A stretch of DNA of 62,482 nt. Origin: a virus (Duplodnaviria; Caudoviricetes). Shown here piece by piece: positions 10,077 through 18,791 of this stretch. How positions within the stretch are numbered: position 1 is the first letter of the stretch; every line of letters begins with the position of its first letter. Both the position numbers and the translations under genes were made by a program. The stretch covers positions 1-62,482 of IMG/VR virus record IMGVR_UViG_3300044819_000092, one strand, 5' to 3'. Under the pieces are notes generated by a model that saw only the letters and a program-made list of their open reading frames with translations, ran no database searches and was not told the DNA's origin.

Positions 10077-10589
10077 TCACGCGACCTTGGAGAAGAACCG
10101 CCGATCCCACCTCACCTTCGACTTGCTCGTGTTCGGCGCAGGGAGGACAGCAAGGGCCGCGCGTGGCGCTGCAGCCACGGGCTCGGGGGATGCCGGGGCC
10201 GGGGCGGGGACCGGGGCCGGGGCGGGGGCCGGAGCGGGCCGCGCGGGCTTGGCCTTCGGGACAGGCTTGGCCGCGGGAGCTGCCTTCTTCGCCTTGGCCT
10301 TCACCGGGGCCGGGGCCGGAGCGGGGACCGGGGCCGGGGCCGTTCGCCCCATGTGGCGCTTGGCGACGACGCCGAGGTCGAAGAGCGCCGCCAGATCGGC
10401 ATATGCCACATAGCTGCCGCTCCCGTTCAAATCCACCGCCTTGAACGTCGCCCCGTCGAAGAGGTGCGTACCCCACTTGAGGACGACGTGCCTCGCCGCT
10501 CCTTCGTTGGCGGTCCGTTTGACGTGGCCCTCGTAGGAGCCGAGGTAGCACTCGATGCGGCTGATGGTCGTCTTCTCCAGGGTGGTCAC
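10077..10589 (-). CDS. Hypothetical protein with Ala/Pro/Lys-rich tail
   Basis: Overlapping start/stop coupling with the upstream gene. Confidence 0.6.
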   Translation of the reverse strand: MTTLEKTTISRIECYLGSYEGHVKRTANEGAARHVVLKWGTHLFDGATFKAVDLNGSGSYVAYADLAALFDLGVVAKRHMGRTAPAPVPAPAPAPVKAKAKKAAPAAKPVPKAKPARPAPAPAPAPVPAPAPASPEPVAAAPRAALAVLPAPNTSKSKVRWDRRFFSKVA

Positions 10590-10858
10590 TTGAGCTCCTT
10601 GATGGTCCCCGCGTCGACGATGGTGTCGATGCGGTTGGACTTCGAATAGAACACCTGCTCGCCGGGCTCCGTGCGTTCCGTGAACAGCACGAGCTCGCCC
10701 GAATGGCAGGCCACGCCGAGCTTGGTCTTCACCTCCCGCGCGGCCCGGCCGACCCGCCACGAATCCCAGTGCCCGCGGTACTGAGGCCACTTGGCGCTGT
10801 GCCCGTCGGCAATCTCGACGAGCAGCCGGCGGATCTTCTCCTTGACCAAGCCACTCAC
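10586..10858 (-). CDS. Hypothetical protein
   Basis: Coupled overlaps on both sides. Confidence 0.6.
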   Translation of the reverse strand: MSGLVKEKIRRLLVEIADGHSAKWPQYRGHWDSWRVGRAAREVKTKLGVACHSGELVLFTERTEPGEQVFYSKSNRIDTIVDAGTIKELK

Positions 10859-11457
10859 GACTTGATCTTCCCTTCGTGCGTCCCCTCGAACACTTCGACG
10901 ATCTGCGAGGTGTCCCGGCCATCGTCTCGGTGGACCTGCTTGACGAGGTCGACCGCGTGCGCCGGGCTCGCCGCCTCGATGTGCTCGACGAACGGCTGTG
11001 GCAACTCGAGCCCGACCGCAACGTTCCACGAGTTGAGGTAGCCGACCACCGTGTACGGCCGGTAGTCCATGCCGCTCACGGTTGGCTCGACGTCCGACTC
11101 TCGCCCCTGAATCTCGGCCTGCCGCTCCGCGCGCATGATCTTGTCGATGGCCGATTCCACGTCTTCCCGCGGGCGCAGGTACTCCACCCGCCGCGCGACG
11201 TCTTCGATCGTCTCGGAGCTCCACTCGTGGTCCGGGTCCCCGCCCGGCCACAGGATCTCCTTCAGGTCATCCTCGAGCGTCGAGATCATGGCCGAGGTGA
11301 CCTTGGCCTTGCCGAGCCCCTCGTCGCGGTCCTCGATGAGGTCCTGAAGATCGCCCCAGTCGAGGATCTGCGCGACGTAGAGCTCCGGGTGCTGGTCCTT
11401 CTCGGTGGTCTCGATCTCGAGCTCTATCAAAACGCGGGTCTTCATGACGCGGGTCAC
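10855..11457 (-). CDS. Acidic hypothetical protein
   Basis: ORF track; coupled overlaps. Confidence 0.65.
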   Translation of the reverse strand: MTRVMKTRVLIELEIETTEKDQHPELYVAQILDWGDLQDLIEDRDEGLGKAKVTSAMISTLEDDLKEILWPGGDPDHEWSSETIEDVARRVEYLRPREDVESAIDKIMRAERQAEIQGRESDVEPTVSGMDYRPYTVVGYLNSWNVAVGLELPQPFVEHIEAASPAHAVDLVKQVHRDDGRDTSQIVEVFEGTHEGKIKS

Positions 11458-11888
11458 AGGGCACCGCCCTTCTGCCCGACGTCGCGCGGGTCCGGCTGGT
11501 CGATGAGGACCGGCTCGCGCGCGTCCATGCGGATGCTGGTGAGCGTGCCGTTGGGGCGGCAGTAGTAGATGGTCGCGATCTCCTTGTAGAGCGACACTCC
11601 GGTGACGGTCACGCGCAACCAGCGCCCGCCGGCGTCGGTGAGCCAGCCGTTGCCGGCGCCGGTGAGGACGTCGCCCTTCTGCAGGCGCCCCGCCGGGACC
11701 GCTCCCCCGTGCGCGATGTTGAGGAGCGCGGAGGCCCAGCTCGACTCGCCGCCGAGCAGCTCCCAGACCTCCTTGACGTAGGCGTCCTCGCCGGGGGTCA
11801 CGTCGAAGGCCCCGGCTGGGCCCTTGCTCTCCCAGATCTCGAGCGCTCGAATGTTCCCGACCGGCGTCGGCTCAACATTCGTCTTCAC
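11454..11888 (-). CDS. Hypothetical protein
   Basis: Protein-like composition from the GTG at 11888. Confidence 0.55.
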   Translation of the reverse strand: MKTNVEPTPVGNIRALEIWESKGPAGAFDVTPGEDAYVKEVWELLGGESSWASALLNIAHGGAVPAGRLQKGDVLTGAGNGWLTDAGGRWLRVTVTGVSLYKEIATIYYCRPNGTLTSIRMDAREPVLIDQPDPRDVGQKGGAL

Positions 11889-12096
11889 GACGTCGGCTCC
11901 GCCGCGGCCGGCGCCTGCAGCTCCGCGCACGGGAGGCACACCACGCTGAAGGAGCAGCCACGCCAGACGATCTGGCAGCTCTGGTCCAGGTCGACTGCCT
12001 TGCCGCAGGTCCGGCACTTCTGACAATGCTTCGGGTCGTTCGTCTCCATGGTCATCTCCATTTTTCAAGTTGGTTCGGTGGTCGAGCCCGGGCGGG

Positions 12097-12264
12097 TCAG
12101 GCCGCGGGCTTGTTCATCATCGAGCGCAGCTCCGCGGCGAGCTCCTGGGCGGTCCAACCCGGGATGCGCGAGAGGCGAGCCGCGAGGGCTCGGAACTTGG
12201 GGTCCGGGTGGGCCGCGAGCTGGCGAAGGATTTCTGCTTCCGGGCGGGTCGACTTGGTTTTCAT
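12097..12264 (-). CDS. Small cassette protein (MKTKSTRPEAEILRQL...)
   Basis: 55-aa ORF below the ORF-track cutoff, starting in a degenerate repeat B. Confidence 0.6.
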   Translation of the reverse strand: MKTKSTRPEAEILRQLAAHPDPKFRALAARLSRIPGWTAQELAAELRSMMNKPAA

Positions 12265-12425
12265 ACTTCACACACTTCTCTGCAACCGCCGGCCCAGCAA
12301 CCATTTGCCGGGACCGGCTGTTCTGTGGGGACGCGCCCGGTCTAGAACTCGCCCTTGACCCTTTGCCCCAGCTCCCCTGTCGGGTGGAGACGCGCCGGGC
12401 CTACGTGCTCCCGGCGCCGGTCCCG

Positions 12426-12632
12426 CTAGTGCTGGTGAGTGTGGCCCTTGCCGGTCCCGTGATGGTGATGGTGGGCCCCGGGGACGTGTTTCTCGACCGT
12501 CAGCTCCCCGCCAAGCTCGAGGGCGAGCGCCTCCAGCTCGGCCATGATCTCGGCCTCTTCTCCGATCATGTCTCGGGCGTTGGTCTTGATGGAGCCGTCC
12601 GCGAGGATTTCAACAATCAGCTTCGATGCCAT
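12426..12632 (-). CDS. DUF2997-like protein
   Basis: LIVEILADGSIK...LEALALELG; adjacent to the DUF1257-like gene. Confidence 0.6.
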   Translation of the reverse strand: MASKLIVEILADGSIKTNARDMIGEEAEIMAELEALALELGGELTVEKHVPGAHHHHHGTGKGHTHQH

Positions 12633-12636
12633 GGGA

Positions 12637-12978
12637 TCACCCGTTCCTTCGGTTCGTGAGAATCAGCTTGCCCTTGTTCAACCCGTCGACCGAGACCGTG
12701 AACCCGCGCTTCTTGGCGAAGGCCCGGACGCCGATCTCGGTGTACTTCCGCTGCACGGCCTTCAAGGCCTCGAGGTTCGACGATTCGGTCGAGAACCCCT
12801 CGCCCTTCTGCCGGCGGTAGAAGTTGAGGTCGAGCCGGTCGTTCGTCTCGTGGGATCCGCGGGCGGCTGCGAGCGTGTCGCCCCGATTGTAAACTTCGTA
12901 CCCGAGCGCCTTCAGGGCTTCCTCCAGGCGCTCGAGCTCGGTCATGGTCGTTTTGGTCACGGTCGAAAAACAGGGCAT
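12637..12978 (-). CDS. DUF1257/Ycf35-like protein
   Basis: MPCFSTVTKTTMTELERLEEALKALGYEV...RKY...AKKRGFTV. Confidence 0.65.
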   Translation of the reverse strand: MPCFSTVTKTTMTELERLEEALKALGYEVYNRGDTLAAARGSHETNDRLDLNFYRRQKGEGFSTESSNLEALKAVQRKYTEIGVRAFAKKRGFTVSVDGLNKGKLILTNRRNG

Positions 12979-13016
12979 TTCGGTCTCCTTTTTCGGGGTC
13001 GGGGACGGGGCCGGAG

Positions 13017-13190
13017 TTACCGCGCGGAGCGGACTTCGACGTCGCCGTCGAGCTTGGCGAAGAACTTCTCGAGAGCAGCTTGGGTCTTGAAGGTCCGGAG
13101 CTTCCAAGCCGTGCCGGGGATCCGGTAGGCGATCTCGATGGCCGGGGTGGAGGGGGAAGAGGAGGAGGAGAAGAGCGACTCGGTTTTCAT
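13017..13190 (-). CDS. Small cassette protein, paralog of 15094-15276
   Basis: IEIAYRIPGTAWKLRTFKTQAALEKF. Confidence 0.75.
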   Translation of the reverse strand: MKTESLFSSSSSPSTPAIEIAYRIPGTAWKLRTFKTQAALEKFFAKLDGDVEVRSAR

Positions 13191-13408
13191 ACTTCTCACT
13201 CTTCTGCCCTTGATTTCTGCACGCCAGGCTGGATTCCGTCGTTCTGTTCTTCCCTGACGCCGAGTGCCGCCGCGCTACTTGGCCCGGGCGGAGCCGGCGC
13301 CGGTGTGGCGTGTTCCTGCAGGCCCGCCCGCATGGCGCGCCCGTGGCGCTGCAGGCATCCCCTCCGAAGGTGTCCGGCCCCGGGCCCGGGTGAGCGGGCC
13401 CCCGGGGC

Positions 13409-13771
13409 CTAGTCGTCGACCGAGGGCGGGAGCCCGAGGAACCCCACGAACCTATCGATCACCCACGGGATGAGCGCGCTCGGGACCGAGGTCGAGTCGC
13501 CTCCTCGGCTCGTCTGCCCTGTGATGAAGAACGTCCCGTGGATCCACTGCCGCAGCTCGAGCACGGGACGGTTCGGCGGGAGGCCCTTCAGCAAGCCCTC
13601 CTCGTCGCACCAGAGGTTGAGGAGCCGCCCGCCGCAGTGGAGCGGGACGCACTGGACGAGCCCGCCCCCCACGGTCTGCTGGAACGTCTCGAGATCATTC
13701 TCGATGAGCTCGAGCTTGGGGACCGGATCGTCCGCCTTCACCACCACCACCTCGATCTTGGCCACGGTCAC
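13409..13771 (-). CDS. DUF3846-domain protein
   Basis: NDLETFQQTVGG...CDEEGLLKGLPPNR. Confidence 0.8.
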   Translation of the reverse strand: MTVAKIEVVVVKADDPVPKLELIENDLETFQQTVGGGLVQCVPLHCGGRLLNLWCDEEGLLKGLPPNRPVLELRQWIHGTFFITGQTSRGGDSTSVPSALIPWVIDRFVGFLGLPPSVDD

Positions 13772-14703
13772 GCCGCCAAGCGCCGGCGGCCCGGCTGAGT
13801 GAGGTTACGCTCCGCCGTGGCGATGGCTTCGTCCATCCCCACCTCGAGCGACTTCTTGATTTCCGAGAGGCCCGAGATGGCCGAGTCGGGCACCCGCTTG
13901 TTTGTCTCGATGCCGCGGAGCAGGGCGCGGAGCTGCTTCACCTGGGCGCTGAGGTTCGCGTCCCCGAGGACGTTGACCTGCTCGACCCGGTCGAGGACCT
14001 CGAACGCGGTCCGCAGGGACGCATCTCGCAAGATGCCGCCCTTCTGAATGAGCGCGAGGACGTCCGCGAGCTTGGTGGTCACGTCTTCTCGGAGCTGGGT
14101 CACCATGAAGGAGATCACGCCCTTCACGGTCTCGCCCTCGGACAGGAGGGCCGCTTCCGTCCCCGCCTGCTTCGGGCCCTGGATCGCGTAGACGCTCCAG
14201 TGCAGTCCGAACTTCGACCGCACGCTCTCGGCGCTCGGGTACTCGGCCCGGACCCGCGCGAGCGCATTGGCCGCCGCCTCCTCGGTCTTGGCCGCATCCT
14301 TGAGCGCCTGCTCGATGACCGGGAACATGGCCTCCTTCGTCTGCTCGTAGTTCGAGACGAAGTCGTCGACCGCCAGCTCGAACTCGGCCCGCAATTCCTT
14401 CAGCCGCGACGACAGCGCCTCGAGGTTGGCCGAGGGCACGTAGCGGGTCCCGAAGATGAACCCGAAGGTCAAGCCGTAGTGGTCGACGGCCTTCTTCGCC
14501 TTGCTCACGATCTCGTGGATCTTGGTGAACGAGTCCGGAGGAGCGAGCCGGGTGGAGCCGAGCGACAGCGCCTGCTCGACCGACTCGGACTCGTCGATCC
14601 CGAAGTCCTTCGCGCGGAGCTTGAGCCGAGCGCCCCAGACCGACGTTGAGAGGCCCACCACGGATCCGGACAGAAACAGGTCATTCCACGACAGCTTTGA
14701 CAT
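13768..14703 (-). CDS. DUF3150-like protein
   Basis: VWGARLKL...LSLGSTRL...FGTRYVP...DFVSNYE. Confidence 0.7.
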   Translation of the reverse strand: MSKLSWNDLFLSGSVVGLSTSVWGARLKLRAKDFGIDESESVEQALSLGSTRLAPPDSFTKIHEIVSKAKKAVDHYGLTFGFIFGTRYVPSANLEALSSRLKELRAEFELAVDDFVSNYEQTKEAMFPVIEQALKDAAKTEEAAANALARVRAEYPSAESVRSKFGLHWSVYAIQGPKQAGTEAALLSEGETVKGVISFMVTQLREDVTTKLADVLALIQKGGILRDASLRTAFEVLDRVEQVNVLGDANLSAQVKQLRALLRGIETNKRVPDSAISGLSEIKKSLEVGMDEAIATAERNLTQPGRRRLAA

Positions 14704-14789
14704 TGGTATTCTCCTTCTGCATTTTTCGAAACTTGAGACTGTGGGCCTCCTCCGCCGAGTCAATCAGCGCGGAGGAGGACGGGGCCGGG

Positions 14790-14984
14790 TTAGAGCGATC
14801 CGAGGGCCTGACGCAGCTGCGAGCAGCGCGCCTTCTGGGAAGGCCAAATGGCCTGGACCTCGTCGAGGGTCTCGAGGCAGATCGTCTTCTGGTCCGGCGT
14901 CGCGAACCCTCGCTCGATGACTTGCTCGACGGGCGCGAGGTGGGATTCCGAGGGGCTGTAGGTCGTCTTGATTGCTGAGTTCAT
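14790..14984 (-). CDS. Small cassette protein
   Basis: Starts at the repeat B ATG. Confidence 0.65.
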   Translation of the reverse strand: MNSAIKTTYSPSESHLAPVEQVIERGFATPDQKTICLETLDEVQAIWPSQKARCSQLRQALGSL

Positions 14985-15093
14985 GCTCACACTCTTCTCT
15001 CCTGGATTTCTGCACGCCAGGCTCGCGTGGCTTGAGCTGTTCTTCCCTGACGCGGGCCGGGTGGGGCCCCCGGGAGGGGAGCCCGGCCCGGGG

Positions 15094-15276
15094 TTACCGT
15101 GCGAACTGAACCTCCGCGCCCTCGAGCTTCTCGAGGAATTTGTCGAGCGCCTTCTCGGTCTTGAAGGTCCGGCGCTTCCATTCGGTCCCGCGGTGGCGGT
15201 AGGCGATCTCGATGGGCTCGGGGGAGCGGTTCGAGGTGGAGGAGGAGGGGGAGGAGGTCAGCGACTCGTTGTTCAT
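15094..15276 (-). CDS. Small cassette protein, paralog of 13017-13190
   Basis: IEIAYRHRGTEWKRRTFKTEKALDKF. Confidence 0.75.
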   Translation of the reverse strand: MNNESLTSSPSSSTSNRSPEPIEIAYRHRGTEWKRRTFKTEKALDKFLEKLEGAEVQFAR

Positions 15277-15486
15277 GCTCACACTCTTCAGTCCAAGATT
15301 TCTGCACGCCAGCCTGGATTCCGTCGTTCTGTTCTTCCCTGACGCCCAGGGGTAAGAGGCCGAGGTCGAGCCCGGCGGCGCTCCCCCGTGTTCCTGCAGG
15401 CCCGCCCGCAAGGGCCGCGCGTGGCGCTGCTCGCCGGCGCCCGGAAGGCGCGGGCCCCCGGGAGGGGAGCCCGAGCCCGGGCCGCT

Positions 15487-16974
15487 TCACCCGAGCTTGC
15501 GGCTGGTGCTCGCGGGGGCCTCGGGAGCGGAGGCGGCGCGGGCCCGGGTCTTGGCCCATTCCCTGATGGCAGAGATCTCCTCCTTCATGGTGGTCGCGAG
15601 CGGGATGGTCGACTGGGCCGAGGTGAGCAGGTGCCGGGTTTCGAGCGGGATGGAGGCGTCGAACGACTCGAACATGGCGTCTGTGACGACCGACTCGATC
15701 TCGCTCCCCGTGAACCCCTCGGTGACCTTGGCCAGCGCCTGCACGTCGAACGAGCCCGGAGCCCGTCCCCGATTGCGCAGGTGGATCCCGAAGATGATCT
15801 TCCGCTCCTCGAAGGTCGGCAGGTCGACCGCGAAGATCTCGTCAAACCGGCCCTTGCGGAGCAGCTCGGGCGGGAGCGCGGAAACCTGGTTCGCGGTGGC
15901 GACGATGAAGACCGGCCGGGCCTTCTCCTGCATCCAGCTGATGATCGTCCCGAACATGCGCCGGGTGACGCCGCTGTCCCCGCTGCCGCTGCCGCTGCTG
16001 CCCGCGAGCCCCTTGTCGATTTCGTCGATCCAAAGGACGCAGGGGGAGATGGCCTCCGCGAGCTTGAGCGCATCGCGGGTCCGCCGCTCGCTCTCGCCCA
16101 CGAGGCTGTTGAACAAGCTCCCCACGTCGAGCTTGAGGGTCGGGACGCCGAGCGCAGTCCCGATGGCCTTCGCCGAGAGCGACTTGCCGGTCCCCGGGAC
16201 GCCCACGAGCAGCACGCCCTTCGGCTGGGGCAAGCCATACTCCACGGCCTCGGGCGACCAAGCCCGACGACGGCGGAGGATCCACGCCTTCAGCACCTCG
16301 AGCCCGCCGATCCCCTCGACGCCGCGGGGATCTGGCTCGACGATTTCGAGGAGCCCCGTCCGCTTCACGGCCTTGATCTTCTCGCGGTAGATGACCGCCG
16401 GGTCGAACCCCTTCATCTCCACGAACGACAGCGACAAGGCATTCTCGGCCTCGCTGGCGGTGAGCCCGCCGAGGGCCCGGAGGAGCTCGGGGCTCGCGGC
16501 CGGAGGAAGCCCGGCGCTCTCGGCGATCCCGGCGACGATGGCGGCAAGCTCCTCCGCGCTCGGCATCTCGTAGTCAAGCACCACCACGAGCTTCTCGAGC
16601 GTCGGGTGGGGCTGGAAGCTGTTCGCCAGGATGACGACGGACGAGCCGCCCGCCGGCGCCGCAGCCAAGAAGTCGCGGAAGGTCCGGAGCAGGATCGGAT
16701 CCCGGTCAAAGGGCCAGGTGTGCGGATCGCGCAGGATGAAGACGGTGTTCTCGCGGCGCTGGCTGCACGCCGCCATCAAGTCCTGCGTGTCGTCGATGGC
16801 CCGTCCGCCGGCGGAGACGTCCCGCATCCCCTCGGTCGCGCTCCACGTCACGATGCTTCGGCCCACCTCCTTGGCGGCGGCGATGACGTCGGCGCAGGCG
16901 CGGCCCTCGTCGCTGGTCTGAATGGCAATGGCCGGAAAAGCAGCCTTGAAATAGTTGCGCAGCACGGTCTTCAT
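15487..16974 (-). CDS. Ycf46-like AAA+ ATPase
   Basis: Walker A GVPGTGKS, Walker B LWIDEIDK, LPPELLRKGRFDEIF. Confidence 0.9.
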   Translation of the reverse strand: MKTVLRNYFKAAFPAIAIQTSDEGRACADVIAAAKEVGRSIVTWSATEGMRDVSAGGRAIDDTQDLMAACSQRRENTVFILRDPHTWPFDRDPILLRTFRDFLAAAPAGGSSVVILANSFQPHPTLEKLVVVLDYEMPSAEELAAIVAGIAESAGLPPAASPELLRALGGLTASEAENALSLSFVEMKGFDPAVIYREKIKAVKRTGLLEIVEPDPRGVEGIGGLEVLKAWILRRRRAWSPEAVEYGLPQPKGVLLVGVPGTGKSLSAKAIGTALGVPTLKLDVGSLFNSLVGESERRTRDALKLAEAISPCVLWIDEIDKGLAGSSGSGSGDSGVTRRMFGTIISWMQEKARPVFIVATANQVSALPPELLRKGRFDEIFAVDLPTFEERKIIFGIHLRNRGRAPGSFDVQALAKVTEGFTGSEIESVVTDAMFESFDASIPLETRHLLTSAQSTIPLATTMKEEISAIREWAKTRARAASAPEAPASTSRKLG

Positions 16975-17149
16975 CGGGCGACTCCTTGGGGACCGCGCCG
17001 GGGCGCGGGGTGGGTTTCGTGTTCGGTGGAGGTGTTGAATTCACTCTTCAGGCCAGCGGATCTGCACGCCAGGCTGGGTTCGGGTGAGCTGTTCTTCCCT
17101 GACGCGGGGGCCGGGGGGGCCCCCGGAGGGGAGCCCGAGCCCGAGCCGG

Positions 17150-17401
17150 CTACGAGCAGACGTAGACGTAAGAGACGCCGAGGGCGGAGAAGTGAGCGCG
17201 GGCGGCCTTCTTGGCCTCGCCGTAGGTCCCGTTGGCCCAAAAGACATCGGTCGTCGAGTCGTAGTTCCGCTTGGCGGAGAAGCCCCAGCTCCCGCCGCCG
17301 CGCGGCTCCTTGCCGGTCGCGAAGCGGTATCCCGAGGTGTTGAACTCGATGGAGGTGGAGGGGGAGCGGGAGGAGGGGGAGGAGAGCGACTCGGTTTTCA
17401 T
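17150..17401 (-). CDS. Small cassette protein (MKTES...)
   Basis: Starts at the repeat B ATG; GKEPRGGGSWGF motif. Confidence 0.7.
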   Translation of the reverse strand: MKTESLSSPSSRSPSTSIEFNTSGYRFATGKEPRGGGSWGFSAKRNYDSTTDVFWANGTYGEAKKAARAHFSALGVSYVYVCS

Positions 17402-17487
17402 ACTTCTCACTCTTCTGCCCTCCGGATCTGCACGCCAGGCTGGGTTCGGGTGAGCTGTTCTTTCCTGACGCGGGGGGCGCGCCCGGG

Positions 17488-17973
17488 CTACTTGACGGGC
17501 GGAGCGCCGGCGCCGGTGTGGCGTGTTCCTGCAGGCCCGCCCGCATGGCGGCCCCGTGGCGCTGCAGGCATTCCCTCCGAAGGTGTCCGCCCCCGGGAGG
17601 GGCACGTCGGGGGAGCCGTCGCGGGGATTCTCTGGAGGAGATCCATGCCGGCTCGCATGTTGGCGAGCGCCTGCTTCTCGAGCTGGCGGGCCCGCTCCAT
17701 GGTGAGGTTCGCGTAAGCCCCCACCTGCTGCAGCGGCATGGCCTGCCCTTCCCGGACGAGGGCCGCGACCCGGAGCGAGCAGGTCTCCGGCATCTCGTCG
17801 ACGTCGATGCCAGGGAAGTTGTCCTTGACCGAGTGACTGACCGGATCGATCTCGAGCTTCAGGTGGTGCCGGCACGAGACCCACGGGCACGGCCCCGGCT
17901 TGCAGTCCCCGAACGTCTTCGGCCGTCGGCGGTAGATCCCCGCCCGGGTGAGTGCCGCGACGTCGAGCTTCAT
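17488..17973 (-). CDS. Cys-rich sigma-70 region-4-like HTH transcription regulator
   Basis: RPKTFGDC..PCPWVSCRHHL...ETCSL...LQQVGAYANLTMERARQLEKQAL; start uncertain. Confidence 0.7.
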   Translation of the reverse strand: MKLDVAALTRAGIYRRRPKTFGDCKPGPCPWVSCRHHLKLEIDPVSHSVKDNFPGIDVDEMPETCSLRVAALVREGQAMPLQQVGAYANLTMERARQLEKQALANMRAGMDLLQRIPATAPPTCPSRGRTPSEGMPAAPRGRHAGGPAGTRHTGAGAPPVK

Positions 17974-18278
17974 CTCGGCCCGCTCGGCCCGGCCGACCCG
18001 GTGGGTCCCGAGCGACTTCGGCCGAGGTCCGTGGATCGGCATCGGCGCGAACTGCCGGAGCCCGGCCGCGCGCCGGATCGGGGCCCGTGCCGCCGCCGCC
18101 CGCGGCGCGAGCTCGAGCGGCATCTGCACCTCCGCCTGCCGTCTGCCAGGGCGCTGGCCATGCACCCGCCGGCCGGGGAAGTGGACGACCACCACGATCC
18201 CGAGGAACCCGAAGCACACCTGGCGCGGCGCCTCGAGCGGGATCTCCGGGGGCCGGACGATGCGCAGCGCGTGCGCGC

Positions 18279-18791
18279 TCACGTCGCTCCCGTTTGCGCG
18301 TGGCGCCCCGCCGCCGGTCCGGATGGTGTCCGGGGGCCGAGCCCGCTCCGCTGCGCCCAGGCCGCGATGGCGCAAGCATCGGCCTGGTCCTCGGGCAGCG
18401 CGATCCCGAACCGCTCGAGCGCCCACGCGATGCACGCGAGCTTCCGCTCCGGGCCCGGCGTCCGGGTGGTCATGCGGCCGGCCAGGATCACCGGCTGCCA
18501 GGTGGACGCGAGGACCGTCACCGTCGCGAGCCCGCGCCGCTCGAACGCCTGCAGCCACCGGCCGAGCAGCCGAGAGAGGACGAGGCCGGTTGAGTTGTTC
18601 AGCCTGACGAAGACGTCCTCGATCGCGACCACCTCGGGCTTGAACGTCGCGATGGTGTCGGCCGCGCGCTCCACCGCCTGCCAGTCATTCACCTCGCAGA
18701 GCCCGCGCCGGAGGATGCGCGCGCCGCAGATGACCGCGATGCCGGTCCGCTCGGCGCTGTCGACCCCGACGATGACGGCCGTGTCGTTCAC
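18279..18791 (-). CDS. RuvC-like (RNase H fold) resolvase/nuclease
   Basis: IVGVDSA, VVAIED and DQADACAIA catalytic motifs. Confidence 0.85.
   Translation of the reverse strand: MNDTAVIVGVDSAERTGIAVICGARILRRGLCEVNDWQAVERAADTIATFKPEVVAIEDVFVRLNNSTGLVLSRLLGRWLQAFERRGLATVTVLASTWQPVILAGRMTTRTPGPERKLACIAWALERFGIALPEDQADACAIAAWAQRSGLGPRTPSGPAAGRHAQTGAT

Larger units (their letters stand above)
8261..17471 (-). promoter_or_regulatory. Dispersed ~75-bp repeat B: putative early promoter plus upstream box, 8 good and 2 degenerate copies
   Basis: Minus-strand consensus GCGTCAGGGAAGAACAG-N-CCAGCCTGGCGTGCAGA-N-GAAGAGTGWGAAGT-ATG. Copies at about 9131-9202, 9561-9637, 9994-10071, 13184-13260, 14981-15053, 15273-15345, 17038-17105 and 17395-17471; degenerate near 8261 and 12258. 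Confidence 0.85.

Noticed and set aside
8261-17471. Integron attC array or sigma-54 promoters
   Set aside because: No RYYYAAC...GTTRRRY attC ends; the integrase is phage-type; the TGGC...TGC spacing does not fit -24/-12.
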